A DNA stretch of 64,000 bases from Chloroflexota bacterium (GTDB lineage: Bacteria; Chloroflexota; Dehalococcoidia; UBA2979). Made by a program: the position numbers and the translations under genes. Position 1 is the first letter of the stretch, and each line of letters opens with the position of its first letter. The DNA lies in the NCBI GenBank assembly GCA_027593235.1, contig JAQCIU010000013.1, forward strand, positions 14,447-78,446, read 5' to 3'. Shown here one piece after another: positions 8,511-18,091 of the stretch. The notes beneath the pieces were generated by a model, which saw only the letters and a program-made list of their open reading frames with translations, was not told where the DNA came from and did no database searches.

Positions 8511-10304
8511 ATGACCCAACCGACAACCACGGTCCGCCTGCCGCAGGCGATCGTCGTCGGCGACCTTGCGACGGCCCTCAACGTCACAGCCGTTGACGTC
8601 ATCAAAGAGCTGATGAAGAACGGCGTGATGGCCACGATCAACCAGGTCGTGGACTTCGACACGGCTGCCGTCGTCGCCGCCGACCTCGGCTTCGAGCCCG
8701 AAGAAGAGGATCGCGAGCCGACCGCTTCGGAGATCGCCGCCGAAGCAGGCGTCGAGCGCCCCTCCACCTCCATGCGCCTGGTCGAGGACGACGACCCGAA
8801 CCTCGTACCACGCCCCCCGATCGTCACCGTGCTCGGCCACGTTGACCACGGCAAGACCACGCTGCTGGACACGATCCGCCGCGCGAAGGTCGTGGATTCC
8901 GAGGCCGGCGGCATCACCCAGCACATCGGCGCCTACCAGGCCACGGCGCCTGACGGCCGCTTGATCACCTTCATTGACACCCCCGGCCACGAGGCCTTCA
9001 GCCAGATGCGCGCCCGTGGCGCGCAGGTGACGGACGTCGCGATCATCGTGATCGCCGCGGACGACGGCCTGATGCCTCAGTCGCGCGAAGCGATTGATCA
9101 CGTGCGCGCCGCCGGCGTGCCGATGGTCGTCGCGATCAACAAGATCGACGCGCCGAACGCGGACATCGATCGCGCGCGCACCCAGCTCACGGAGATTGGT
9201 CTCGTCCCCGAGGACTTCGGTGGTGACCAGGTCGTCGTCCCGATCTCCGCCCTCAAGGCGACCGGGATCGACGAACTCCTCGAGAGCGTGTTGCTCGTCT
9301 CAGACCTCGACCAGCCGAAAGCGAACCCGCAGCGGGACGCAATTGGCATCGTCCTCGAATCAGCCAGCGACCGTCAGCGCGGCGTCGTGGCGACGCTGCT
9401 GGTCCAGAGCGGCACGCTGCGCCAGGGCGACGCGATTATCTGCGGCCTGACCTCCGGTCGCATCCGCGCGATGACCGATCACGAGGGCAACCGCATCAAG
9501 GAAGCCGGACCGGCCACCCCCGTCGAGGTCATGGGCCTCAACGACGTGCCGCCGGCTGGCGAGCGCTTCGAGGTCCGCGCGAGCGACAAGGTCGCCAAGC
9601 GCGAGGCCGAGGATCGTCAGCGCGAACTGGTTGCCAGCGGCGCCGAGCGTGAAATGGTCACGCTGGATTCGCTCTTCGGCGAGATCCACAAGGGCAACGT
9701 TAAGGACATGAACATCGTGCTCAAGGCCGATGTTCAGGGTTCGCTCGAGCCGCTCGTCGACACGCTCGACGATCTGAGCGTCGACGAGGTGAAGACGAAG
9801 GTCATTCACGCCTCGGTCGGCTCGATCAACGAGTCGGACGTGCAGCTCGCCGTTGCCTCGAAGGGCGTGATCATCGGCTTCAACGTGGAGCCGGAGACCG
9901 GCGCCAAGCGCCTCGCCGACCAAGAGGGCGTGGAGATCCGCCTCTACAGCATCATTTACGACATCATCCAAGACGTCGAAAAAGCCGTGCAGGGGATGCT
10001 TGAGCCGATCTACGAGGAGCGACAGGACGCGCTCATCGAGGTCCGCCAGATCTTCCGCCTCGGTCGCCGCAACGCGATCGCGGGCTCGTACGTGCGCGAC
10101 GGCACGGTGCTCCGCTCCTCCCGCGCGCGCGTCATGCGCGGCGGCGAGATGATCTTCGAAGGCCCGTTCTCCAGCCTCAAGCGCTTCGACGATGACGTCC
10201 GAGAGGTCGCGACCGGCCTCGAGTGCGGCATCCAGATCGACGGCTTCACCGACTTCCAGGAAGGCGACGAAATCGTAGCCTTCCGCATGGAGCGCACGCG
10301 CTAA
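8511..10304 (+). CDS. infB: Translation initiation factor IF-2 (compact form)
   Basis: [43 protein letters not shown]. Confidence 0.98.
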   Translation: MTQPTTTVRLPQAIVVGDLATALNVTAVDVIKELMKNGVMATINQVVDFDTAAVVAADLGFEPEEEDREPTASEIAAEAGVERPSTSMRLVEDDDPNLVPRPPIVTVLGHVDHGKTTLLDTIRRAKVVDSEAGGITQHIGAYQATAPDGRLITFIDTPGHEAFSQMRARGAQVTDVAIIVIAADDGLMPQSREAIDHVRAAGVPMVVAINKIDAPNADIDRARTQLTEIGLVPEDFGGDQVVVPISALKATGIDELLESVLLVSDLDQPKANPQRDAIGIVLESASDRQRGVVATLLVQSGTLRQGDAIICGLTSGRIRAMTDHEGNRIKEAGPATPVEVMGLNDVPPAGERFEVRASDKVAKREAEDRQRELVASGAEREMVTLDSLFGEIHKGNVKDMNIVLKADVQGSLEPLVDTLDDLSVDEVKTKVIHASVGSINESDVQLAVASKGVIIGFNVEPETGAKRLADQEGVEIRLYSIIYDIIQDVEKAVQGMLEPIYEERQDALIEVRQIFRLGRRNAIAGSYVRDGTVLRSSRARVMRGGEMIFEGPFSSLKRFDDDVREVATGLECGIQIDGFTDFQEGDEIVAFRMERTR

Positions 10305-10359
10305 TCACCGACCGGGTGACCGCGGGCGCGTGCCCGCGGTGGCGCTACGGAGTAGCCCT

Positions 10360-10722
10360 ATGAGCAGGCGCACCGAACAGGTCGGCGACCTGATCCAGAG
10401 CGTGCTCGCGGATCTGATCCGACGACGCCTCAAGCACCCCGCGCTGACCAACGTCATGGTCTCGATCACCCGCGTCGAGGTCACACCGGACTTCGCCCAC
10501 GCGACCGTGCACATCAGCGTCCTGGGCGACGACACACTGCGCGAAGAGGTGATGGAGGGACTTCGCCACAGCGAGGGATTCCTCCACCGCGAGATCTCCA
10601 AGGAGGTCCACCTCCGCCGCGTTCCGCGCCTGCGCTTCGCACATGACCGGTCGATGGAAGAGGCCGAACGCCTGACCGCAATCATGCGCGACGTTGCGCG
10701 CAGCGAAGGCCGCGAGCTCTAA
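10360..10722 (+). CDS. rbfA: Ribosome-binding factor A
   Basis: MSRRTEQV..ITRVEVTPDF..LRRVPRLRF; position between infB and truB. Confidence 0.95.
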   Translation: MSRRTEQVGDLIQSVLADLIRRRLKHPALTNVMVSITRVEVTPDFAHATVHISVLGDDTLREEVMEGLRHSEGFLHREISKEVHLRRVPRLRFAHDRSMEEAERLTAIMRDVARSEGREL

Positions 10723-10820
10723 CCGATGGCCCAACAGACAAGCGAGCGCGACGGAATCGCAGCGCAGGCGACCGCGCGCATCCGAATGGCAGCACAAGCG
10801 ACAGCGCGGTAACCAATGGC
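10720..10820 (+). repeat. Degenerate 30-bp tandem repeat forming a 28-aa mini-ORF (10726-10812) between rbfA and truB
   Basis: TAACCRATGGC at 10720 and 10810; GAATCGCAGCGCAGGCGACCGCGCG at 10754 vs GAATGGCAGCACAAGCGACAGCGCG at 10784. Confidence 0.6.
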
Positions 10821-11751
10821 ACTGCGCGGGTTCCTGAACATCGACAAGCCGGCTGGCATCACTTCGTTCGATGTGGTGCGGCACATTCGGCGCGCCGCCG
10901 GCATCCGCAAGGTCGGTCACGCCGGCACGCTCGACCCGGCGGCGACCGGCGTCCTCCCGATCGCGATCGGCGATGCCACGAAGCTGATCGAGGAGCTGGT
11001 TGACGCGCACAAGGCCTACCGCGGCGTGATCCGCTTTGGCGCCGCCACCGATACCTATGACTCCGACGGCGAGGTGGTTTCCGAATGCGACGCCTCGGAG
11101 GTGACCCGCGAGGCGATCGAGGCGCAACTCGACCAGTTCCGAGGCCTCATCCAGCAGGTTCCGCCTGCCTTCAGCGCCGTCAAACGCGGTGGCGAGCCGG
11201 CGTACCGTGCCGCCCGCCGCGGCGAGCCAATGGAGCTCGACGCCCGCCCGGTGACGGTCTACGACCTCGCGGTTGGCGAGTTGGACCGCAGTGATCCGAA
11301 GCGCCCATCGATCGTCGTGGACATCAAGTGCAGCCGTGGCTTCTACGTCCGCTCGCTCGCGCACGACCTCGGCGCCGCGCTTGGCGTGGGGGCACACCTC
11401 GACGGCCTCGAACGCACGGCCGTCGGTACGTTCGTCGTCAGCCAGGCGACGCCGCTCGACCGTGCCTGCGAACTGCTCGAGGCGGGCGAGACGAACGATC
11501 TCGTGCACGCGCTCGATGCGGTGCTCACGAAGTGGCCGGCCGTAATCGTCGGACGGCGTGACGCCTCGGACATTCGCCAGGGCCGCGACATCATCGCGAT
11601 GCCGAGGCCCGGCTACGTCGCGCCCCCGCTGGCCGAAGGCAAGCCCCGCCGCGCCCGCTGCTACGGCCCGGACGGCGAGCTGCTCGCGCTCCTCGATCAG
11701 GGTTTGGTCGTCGGCGCCTGGCACCCGTACCGGGTAGTACCGCCGGCGTAG
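10816..11751 (+). CDS. truB: tRNA pseudouridine(55) synthase
   Basis: DKPAGITS, KVGHAGTLDPAATGVL, CSRGFYVRSL. Confidence 0.97.
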   Translation: MALRGFLNIDKPAGITSFDVVRHIRRAAGIRKVGHAGTLDPAATGVLPIAIGDATKLIEELVDAHKAYRGVIRFGAATDTYDSDGEVVSECDASEVTREAIEAQLDQFRGLIQQVPPAFSAVKRGGEPAYRAARRGEPMELDARPVTVYDLAVGELDRSDPKRPSIVVDIKCSRGFYVRSLAHDLGAALGVGAHLDGLERTAVGTFVVSQATPLDRACELLEAGETNDLVHALDAVLTKWPAVIVGRRDASDIRQGRDIIAMPRPGYVAPPLAEGKPRRARCYGPDGELLALLDQGLVVGAWHPYRVVPPA

Positions 11752-11835
11752 ACGCCGCGCCGCGGTCAGGGGATTGGCAGCCGCGAACCGACGAAGTCGT
11801 AGCGACGGACGGTCTCGTCACGCAGACTACGGAGC

Positions 11836-12711
11836 ATGTTGCTCTGGTTGGCCATACGCGCCGGGACCGCGCTCGCGAATATCGTCCCGTTGCGGGTGAG
11901 CTACGCGCTCGCCCGCGGTGCGGGCACCCTGACCTACTGGCTGTGGTTCGGCGGTAGACGGCGCTGCATTGCCAACATGCGGCACGTCACCAGCGGTGAC
12001 GACGCCGCGGCGCGCCGCATCGCGCGTCAGTCATTCGGCAACTACGCCGTCTTCCTGATCGACTTCCTCCGCTCGATGAGCGCGACCCCCGAGGACACCC
12101 GCCGGCGCGTCATCTTCGATCGCTGGGCGGACCTCGAGGCCCTGCGCAACGGCAACGGGATCGTCTTCGTGACGATGCACCTCGGGAACTGGGACCTTGG
12201 CGCCGCCGCGCTTGCACTCGCCGGATTCCCGATCACGGTCGTCGCGGACAGCTTCAACAATCCGCGCGTCGATCAGCTCGTGCGCGACTCCCGCACCCAC
12301 CTCGGGATGACCGTGCTTGCCGCCGAGCGAATGGGGCCGGGCATCATTCGCGCGCTGCGGCGCAACGACGTGATCGCCGCCCTTGCCGATATACCCGCGC
12401 CACCCAGTGGCGGCGTCACGGTCCAGTTCTTCGGTGATGCGATCAGCGTCCCGGACGGCGTCGCCAGACTCGCGCTGCGGACGGGCGCCTCGGTCGTTGT
12501 GGCCGCGCTCCCGCGCCACGCGCCGTGGAGCGACCGCATCGAGGCCTGGATCGAGCCAGTGGCATTCGAGCCGACCGGCGACAATGACGTTGATGTGCCC
12601 GCGCTCACCCAGGCGATCTTCGGCTACCTGGAGACGATGGTCCGACGGCGTCCCGACCAGTGGTACATCTTCCGTCACCTCTGGACCGCCGATGCCGCCG
12701 CGTCCGCCTAG
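11836..12711 (+). CDS. Lipid acyltransferase (LpxL/PatA family)
   Basis: HLGNWD catalytic motif, V.FFG, PDQWY. Confidence 0.88.
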   Translation: MLLWLAIRAGTALANIVPLRVSYALARGAGTLTYWLWFGGRRRCIANMRHVTSGDDAAARRIARQSFGNYAVFLIDFLRSMSATPEDTRRRVIFDRWADLEALRNGNGIVFVTMHLGNWDLGAAALALAGFPITVVADSFNNPRVDQLVRDSRTHLGMTVLAAERMGPGIIRALRRNDVIAALADIPAPPSGGVTVQFFGDAISVPDGVARLALRTGASVVVAALPRHAPWSDRIEAWIEPVAFEPTGDNDVDVPALTQAIFGYLETMVRRRPDQWYIFRHLWTADAAASA

Positions 12712-12729
12712 CCTCGGGAGTCGTTACCG

Positions 12730-13635
12730 GTGATCCGACTGCGGTTGCTTCAACTGCTCGTGCGCGTCGGCGATCGGGTGCCGACAGCGATCCTCTACGC
12801 CCTCGCGCGTGCCGCCGGCACCGTGGCGTGGTTCGCCTCCGGTAGGCTGCGTCGCACGACCCGCGATCACATGCGCCACGTCTACCCGGCCGCGACACCG
12901 AGGAGCGCCATCGATCGCGCCGCGCGCGGCGCCGTCTGCAGCGCCGCGCTTTACTACGTCGACTTCGCGCGCACCGCGCGGCTGCGACCGGACGCCGTCT
13001 TCGATCAGGTCGATGCCCTCGAAGGCATCGACGCGCTCTTCCGCGCCTACGATCGGGGGCGCGGCGTGATCCTCGCGTCGGCGCACCTCGGTAATCCCGA
13101 ATTCATCGCCCCGGCGCTGGCGCCGCTCTTTCCGATCATGGTGCTCACCGAACGGCTGGCGCCTCCAGCGCTCAACGACTTCGTGCACGGCGTCCGCGGA
13201 CACAGCGGCGTCCGCTTCGTCCCCGCCGATCGCCATGGCGTGCGCGAGGCCTTGGAGCAGCTTCGCTGCGGCGGGGTCCTCGGCATGCTCGTCGACCGCG
13301 ATGTGCTCGGGACGGGCGAGCCGTTCCCGTTCTTTGGGGAGCGCGCCGCGATGCCTCGAGGCGCCGTCGAACTGGCGTGGCTGACGGGCGCCGCGATCGT
13401 GGTCGGGTTCGTGACGCGGTCCGGCACGGGGCGCTACTGGATCGCGCTCCACGAGGTCGCGGTCCTCACCCGCGGCGCCGGCTCCGGCGAGCGCGGCGCG
13501 GACATCGAGGCCGGCATGCGGAGCGTGCTCGCGGCGATCGAGGACGGCATCCGCTCCGCTCCGGATCAATGGTTCCCGCTCAGCCCGATCTGGACCTACG
13601 GGCTGACGCCCGATTCGGGTGACCGCTCCCGCTAG
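12730..13635 (+). CDS. Second lipid acyltransferase (LpxL/PatA family)
   Basis: HLGNPE, LVDRD, PFFG, PDQWF. Confidence 0.88.
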   Translation: MIRLRLLQLLVRVGDRVPTAILYALARAAGTVAWFASGRLRRTTRDHMRHVYPAATPRSAIDRAARGAVCSAALYYVDFARTARLRPDAVFDQVDALEGIDALFRAYDRGRGVILASAHLGNPEFIAPALAPLFPIMVLTERLAPPALNDFVHGVRGHSGVRFVPADRHGVREALEQLRCGGVLGMLVDRDVLGTGEPFPFFGERAAMPRGAVELAWLTGAAIVVGFVTRSGTGRYWIALHEVAVLTRGAGSGERGADIEAGMRSVLAAIEDGIRSAPDQWFPLSPIWTYGLTPDSGDRSR

Positions 13636-14312
13636 GCTGGCGGCACCGATGCCGGCTGCGCCCAGCGCACCTCGCTCAGCGAGGTGACGTGTTCCGGCAG
13701 CTCGACGCCCGGGAGCAGGCGGTCGTCCGGGATCGCCGCGTCGATCGTCTGGTGCAGCGGCACCACGCCCGCCCAGATTGGCAACTCGTAGTCCTCAGGC
13801 TCGTCGATCGGGCCGCCGGTGCGAACCTTCGCGGATACCTCGTCGATCGCGATGCTGAGGATCGTCGTCGCTTTCAACTCCTGCTCGGTCGGCTGGCGCA
13901 GCGTCGCCGCGCGACCGGGGACCAGCTCTTCGATGAACCGATCGAGGAGTTCCGGGCGCTTCGCCGTGTCCTCGATGCGGGCCTCGCCCAACAGCATCAC
14001 CGAACGGTAGTTCACGGAGTGATGGAAGCCGGAGCGCGCCAGTACCAGGCCGTCCAGGTGGCTCACGGTGAGGCAGACGGGGGCGCCCTCGGCGGCGCGA
14101 AGCATGTTGCTGGCGCTCGATCCGTGCCAGTACACGCGGTCACCCTCGCGCCAGTACAGCGTGGGCGTCACCATCGGCTGCCCGTCGATCACGTAGCCCA
14201 CGTGGCAGAGGACGCCCCCATCGAGGATCGCGTCGATCGCTGCCCGGTCGTAGCACCCACGCGTCGGTGATCGCCGCAGCCGCGTTCGCTTCGTTGGTGC
14301 CTCGTCCGCCAT
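13632..14312 (-). CDS. Pyridoxamine 5'-phosphate oxidase-like flavin-binding protein
   Basis: RGCYDRAAIDAILD, YWHGS, DGLVLARSGFHHSVNYRSV, WAGVVP. Confidence 0.9.
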   Translation of the reverse strand: MADEAPTKRTRLRRSPTRGCYDRAAIDAILDGGVLCHVGYVIDGQPMVTPTLYWREGDRVYWHGSSASNMLRAAEGAPVCLTVSHLDGLVLARSGFHHSVNYRSVMLLGEARIEDTAKRPELLDRFIEELVPGRAATLRQPTEQELKATTILSIAIDEVSAKVRTGGPIDEPEDYELPIWAGVVPLHQTIDAAIPDDRLLPGVELPEHVTSLSEVRWAQPASVPPA

Positions 14313-14478
14313 CGCATGTCCCCGTCCAGTAATCGCCGTTGCTCGCCGGCTTGCCGCTCCCGCGAGCAGCGCAGGGTATCGAGCTTGCCCCTCCATCGCA
14401 CGCCGGATTCGGACCAGCATCGGGTCACCTGCCACAACGACCATCAGCACTGGACCCACTCCGTACAATGGCCGCGTC

Positions 14479-15303
14479 ATGAGCACGTATCGGGACGAAC
14501 GTCCCTCGATCGCCTCCCTCCTCACCACCGACATCCGCTTCGGCCGCGCTGATCTCCATGTTGAAACCAACCGGGGCGAGGGCGCGGCCGACCTCGAAGC
14601 GATTCTTCAGCGCACCGAGCAACGCGCCGAACTCGATTTGATCGCAATCGCCGACCGCGATCGGATCGACAGTTCCCTCGATGCCCGCGAGCGGGCGGTC
14701 CGCGACGGGCTCAGTTTCGAGGTGGTGCCGGGGATGCTGGTTACGAGCACCGACGGCCCGCTCCTGGCGCTCTGGGTCGAGGAGGCCGTGCCTGCGGGCG
14801 CGTCCGCCGCACACACGATCGAGGCTATTCACCGCCTCGGTGGACTCGCGATCGTGCCGCACCCGTTCGCACGCTGGCGGCGCTCAATCGGTCGCGCGGA
14901 CCTCGAGGCGCTGCTCAGCTCGGACGATCCGGCGATCCACCCGGATGCGATCCAGGTCGCCAGCGGCTCCGCGCGGGCCAGCTCCGGAGCGGCGCGCGCG
15001 CTGGAGTTGAACGCGAAGCGCTATCACCTGGCCGAGATCGGGGCGAGCAACGCAGTGTTCGCCGAACGGATCGCAAGCGCCTATACACTCTTCCCGGGTA
15101 CGCTGCGTCCCGCCGTGCGGGCAGCCGAACTCCGTGTTGCCATCGAAAACGGGACCGCGCGGGCGGGCCGGGGGCAGCGCGCACCACTCCGTCAGATCGG
15201 CTGGCGACGTATCGCCGAACAACGCGGCCGCGAGGTCGGGTTTGCCTCGCGCCGATCGGTGCCCGCCTGGGCCGAACGGCTTGCGTTAGGGGGATCGCGA
15301 TGA
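14479..15303 (+). CDS. PHP-fold protein with degenerate metal-binding motifs
   Basis: ADLHVET, IAIADRD, GGLAIVPHP recognisable as PHP; stop overlaps the next start (ATGA). Confidence 0.75.
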   Translation: MSTYRDERPSIASLLTTDIRFGRADLHVETNRGEGAADLEAILQRTEQRAELDLIAIADRDRIDSSLDARERAVRDGLSFEVVPGMLVTSTDGPLLALWVEEAVPAGASAAHTIEAIHRLGGLAIVPHPFARWRRSIGRADLEALLSSDDPAIHPDAIQVASGSARASSGAARALELNAKRYHLAEIGASNAVFAERIASAYTLFPGTLRPAVRAAELRVAIENGTARAGRGQRAPLRQIGWRRIAEQRGREVGFASRRSVPAWAERLALGGSR

Positions 15304-16484
15304 AGATCGCACTTGTATCGCCCTACGACTGGCTCACGCCCGGCGGGGTCAATGGCCACATCGGCCAACTGGCCGAGGAGTTCGCGGCACGCGGCCACGA
15401 GGTGCTGATCCTCGCGCCCGCGAGTGGGCGGGTCGCCGACCCTCGGGTGCGCGTCATGGGGCGCCCGATCTCTGTCCCCGCGTCCGGCTCCACAGCTCGC
15501 ATCGCCCTCAATCCCACGCTCGGGCACCAGGTGAAGCGATTCCTGGAAGAGGAACACTTCGATGTAGTGCACGTCCATGAGCCGCTGATGCCGGTCCTTC
15601 CGATCCACGTCCTTCGCCACTCGAAGGCCGCGAACGATCGGGTGATCAACGTCGGCACGTTCCACGCCCGCAAGGACGGTGGCAACCGCCTGTACGGCTA
15701 CGGCCGCCGCCTGCTCAAGCGCTGGTTCCGCGAACTGGACGGCAAGATCGCCGTTTCGCCGCCGGCCGCGCAGTACGTCGGCGAGTACTTCCCCGGCTTT
15801 TACAACGTGATCCCGAATGGCCTTGATATCGAGCGGTTCGCGAACCCACTGCTCGAACCGCTCGCCGAGTTCGACGACAACCTGATCAACATCCTCTACG
15901 TCGGGCGCGCGGAGAAACGGAAGGGTCTCGCCTACCTGATCCGTGCTTTCGGCGTAGTCAACGCCCGCGATCCCAACACCCGACTGATCATCGTCGGTCC
16001 AGACTCCCGCACCCGGCGTCGCTACGAGGCTTCCGTGCGCCACAGCGGTCAGCGCAACATCGTCTTCGCGCCGGGGCCCTCAAACGAGCAACTCCCCCGC
16101 TACCATCGCAGCTCGCACATTTTCTGCGCGCCAGCGCTCGGGAATGAGTCACAGGGATATGTCATTCTCGAAGCCATGGCTGCGGGCCTCCCGATCGTCG
16201 CGTCGAACATCGAGGGTTACGCCTCGGTGGTGACGCACGGCGTCGATGGGTTGTTGGTCCGCCCGAAGGACACGCTCGGCCTTGCCGATGCGCTCACGCT
16301 GCTGGTCCGCGACAAATCCAAGCGCGACGCGCTGGCCGAGGGTGGCCGGGTGCGCGTGGAGGACTACTCCTGGCCGCGCGTGACGCAGCAGCTCCTCTCC
16401 TACTACGACCGACTGCTGGATCAGCACCACACCTGGGAGCAGGCACGCGCACGCGCGCGACTGCGCCGCCTGATGCGCGCATGA
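15300..16484 (+). CDS. GT4 glycosyltransferase, PimA-like (phosphatidylinositol mannosyltransferase-like)
   Basis: VSPYDW..GGV..H, HVHEP, RKG, FCAPALGNESQGYVILEAMAAG. Confidence 0.85.
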   Translation: MKIALVSPYDWLTPGGVNGHIGQLAEEFAARGHEVLILAPASGRVADPRVRVMGRPISVPASGSTARIALNPTLGHQVKRFLEEEHFDVVHVHEPLMPVLPIHVLRHSKAANDRVINVGTFHARKDGGNRLYGYGRRLLKRWFRELDGKIAVSPPAAQYVGEYFPGFYNVIPNGLDIERFANPLLEPLAEFDDNLINILYVGRAEKRKGLAYLIRAFGVVNARDPNTRLIIVGPDSRTRRRYEASVRHSGQRNIVFAPGPSNEQLPRYHRSSHIFCAPALGNESQGYVILEAMAAGLPIVASNIEGYASVVTHGVDGLLVRPKDTLGLADALTLLVRDKSKRDALAEGGRVRVEDYSWPRVTQQLLSYYDRLLDQHHTWEQARARARLRRLMRA

Positions 16485-16545
16485 CCGATCGCCGCCGCCG
16501 ACTCGCCCTCGCTGACCACTCGCGCACCAACGAAATACACGCCGG

Positions 16546-17136
16546 ATGAAGCTCCTCCCGACCCGCATCTCCGCGGAACGCCTCGCGCCGATCGTCGGTG
16601 TGTTCGTCGCGCTGGGAGTGACCCCAAACATGATTACGGTGGCCGGGCTGCTTGGGAGCATCGCGGCGGCCGTCGCGGTCGCCGATGGGCGGCTGCTCCT
16701 CGGTGGGGTGCTGGTGCTGGTGTTTGGCGGGCTCGACATGTTCGACGGGGCGGTCGCGCGGGCGACGGGGAAGGCGACGCCGTTCGGGGCGCTGTTCGAC
16801 TCGGTGCTCGACCGGCTCTCCGAGGCGGTCGTGCTCGGCGGGATCCTGGTCTACGAGCTGGATCGCGGGAACCAGGAGGAGACGATCCTCGCGTTCGCGG
16901 CGGTGGTTGGGTCGATCCTAGTGTCGTACGTGCGCGCGCGCGCCGAGGGCCTCGACGTTTCGATGACCAGCGGGCTGTTCACGCGCCCGGAACGGGTGAT
17001 CCTCACGGGGGCGGCGCTGATCCTGGGGCTGCTGCGCCCCGCGCTCTGGATCCTTGCGGTAGTGACGCTGGTCACTGTGGCACAACGGGTCGACACTGCA
17101 CGTCGGCTGCTGGCGGAGGAAACGAGCGCCCAGTAG
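16546..17136 (+). CDS. CDP-alcohol phosphatidyltransferase (PI/PIP synthase-like)
   Basis: TPNMIT, DMFDGAVAR..G..T.FGALFDSVLDR, VSYVRARAEG, RPER. Confidence 0.9.
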   Translation: MKLLPTRISAERLAPIVGVFVALGVTPNMITVAGLLGSIAAAVAVADGRLLLGGVLVLVFGGLDMFDGAVARATGKATPFGALFDSVLDRLSEAVVLGGILVYELDRGNQEETILAFAAVVGSILVSYVRARAEGLDVSMTSGLFTRPERVILTGAALILGLLRPALWILAVVTLVTVAQRVDTARRLLAEETSAQ

Positions 17137-17184
17137 CCCGCGTCCATTGCGCGCAGCGCGAGGCGTCGAGGAGGGTCGAGGACC

Positions 17185-18042
17185 ATGGTCAAGCCGGCGA
17201 GCCCGATGGACCGCGAGGATGCGACCCAGGTCGCGCAGTACCTGTCTCAGCGCATGGCGGCGCCGGTCAGCTTCGACGTCTGGACGCGCCAGGAGTCTGG
17301 GCTGGTGCGCACGGACCGCGACACCTGCAACCACTGTGGCGACGCGCTGGAACTGGCGCGCCAACTGGGCAGCCTGCACCCCGCGCTGCGGATCACCGCC
17401 TACGACCTCGATAAGCACGCGTCGCGCGCCGAGGAGGCGGGGATCACGCTCGCGCCAACGACGATCCTGCGCGGGAACGGGCGGTCGATCCGCCTCGTGG
17501 GGCTGTTCTCCGGGCTGCTCTTCCCGGCGCTCCTCGACATCATCTGGTTCCTCTCGCGCGGCGAAGCGCCGCTGCCGGAGGAGACGCGTATCGGCGCCGC
17601 CGAACTCGGAGCGGTCGAGATCGAGGCGATGCTGGCGCCCTACGACCCCTATTCAGCGCACATGGCGCGTCTGCTCGGCGCATTCGCGGTCGAGTCGAAG
17701 GCGATCAAGCTGCAACTGACGGAGATCGCCGAACTCCCGGTGCTTGCCAGCCAGCGGGCGGTCACGGAGGTGCCGATTGTGAGCATCAACGGCCGACGCT
17801 TCTCCGGGGCCTGGGACGATGCGCCGCTGCTCGAGCAGATTCAGCGGGTGATCGCGGGCAACACCGACGCCGTGATTCGCGACCGCGTCCTTGCCTCCGA
17901 GTTCCTCACCGAGGAGCAGGCGATCCAGCGAGCACGCGAAGCCGCGCAGCGGGAGCAGGGGACGGGCGGCATGACTGCCCCGACACCGGGGAACGCGGGT
18001 GGCCAGGCATCACCGGGTGGTCTGATCATCCCGGGGCGCTAG
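17185..18042 (+). CDS. Two-domain thioredoxin-fold protein (PDO / AhpF N-terminal-domain-like)
   Basis: CNHC in domain 1; second site reads DPYS; cis-Pro motifs LAPT and EVPI. Confidence 0.75.
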   Translation: MVKPASPMDREDATQVAQYLSQRMAAPVSFDVWTRQESGLVRTDRDTCNHCGDALELARQLGSLHPALRITAYDLDKHASRAEEAGITLAPTTILRGNGRSIRLVGLFSGLLFPALLDIIWFLSRGEAPLPEETRIGAAELGAVEIEAMLAPYDPYSAHMARLLGAFAVESKAIKLQLTEIAELPVLASQRAVTEVPIVSINGRRFSGAWDDAPLLEQIQRVIAGNTDAVIRDRVLASEFLTEEQAIQRAREAAQREQGTGGMTAPTPGNAGGQASPGGLIIPGR

Positions 18043-18091
18043 CCGATCCGCCGCTCGCCGCTCTGGCGCGAGTTGGTCAGGCCCTCGGCGG

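Noticed and set aside
11836-13635. Lipid A biosynthesis (LpxL/LpxM)
   Set aside because: No other lpx genes in the window; the PimA-like and PgsA-like neighbours fit a PatA-type role better
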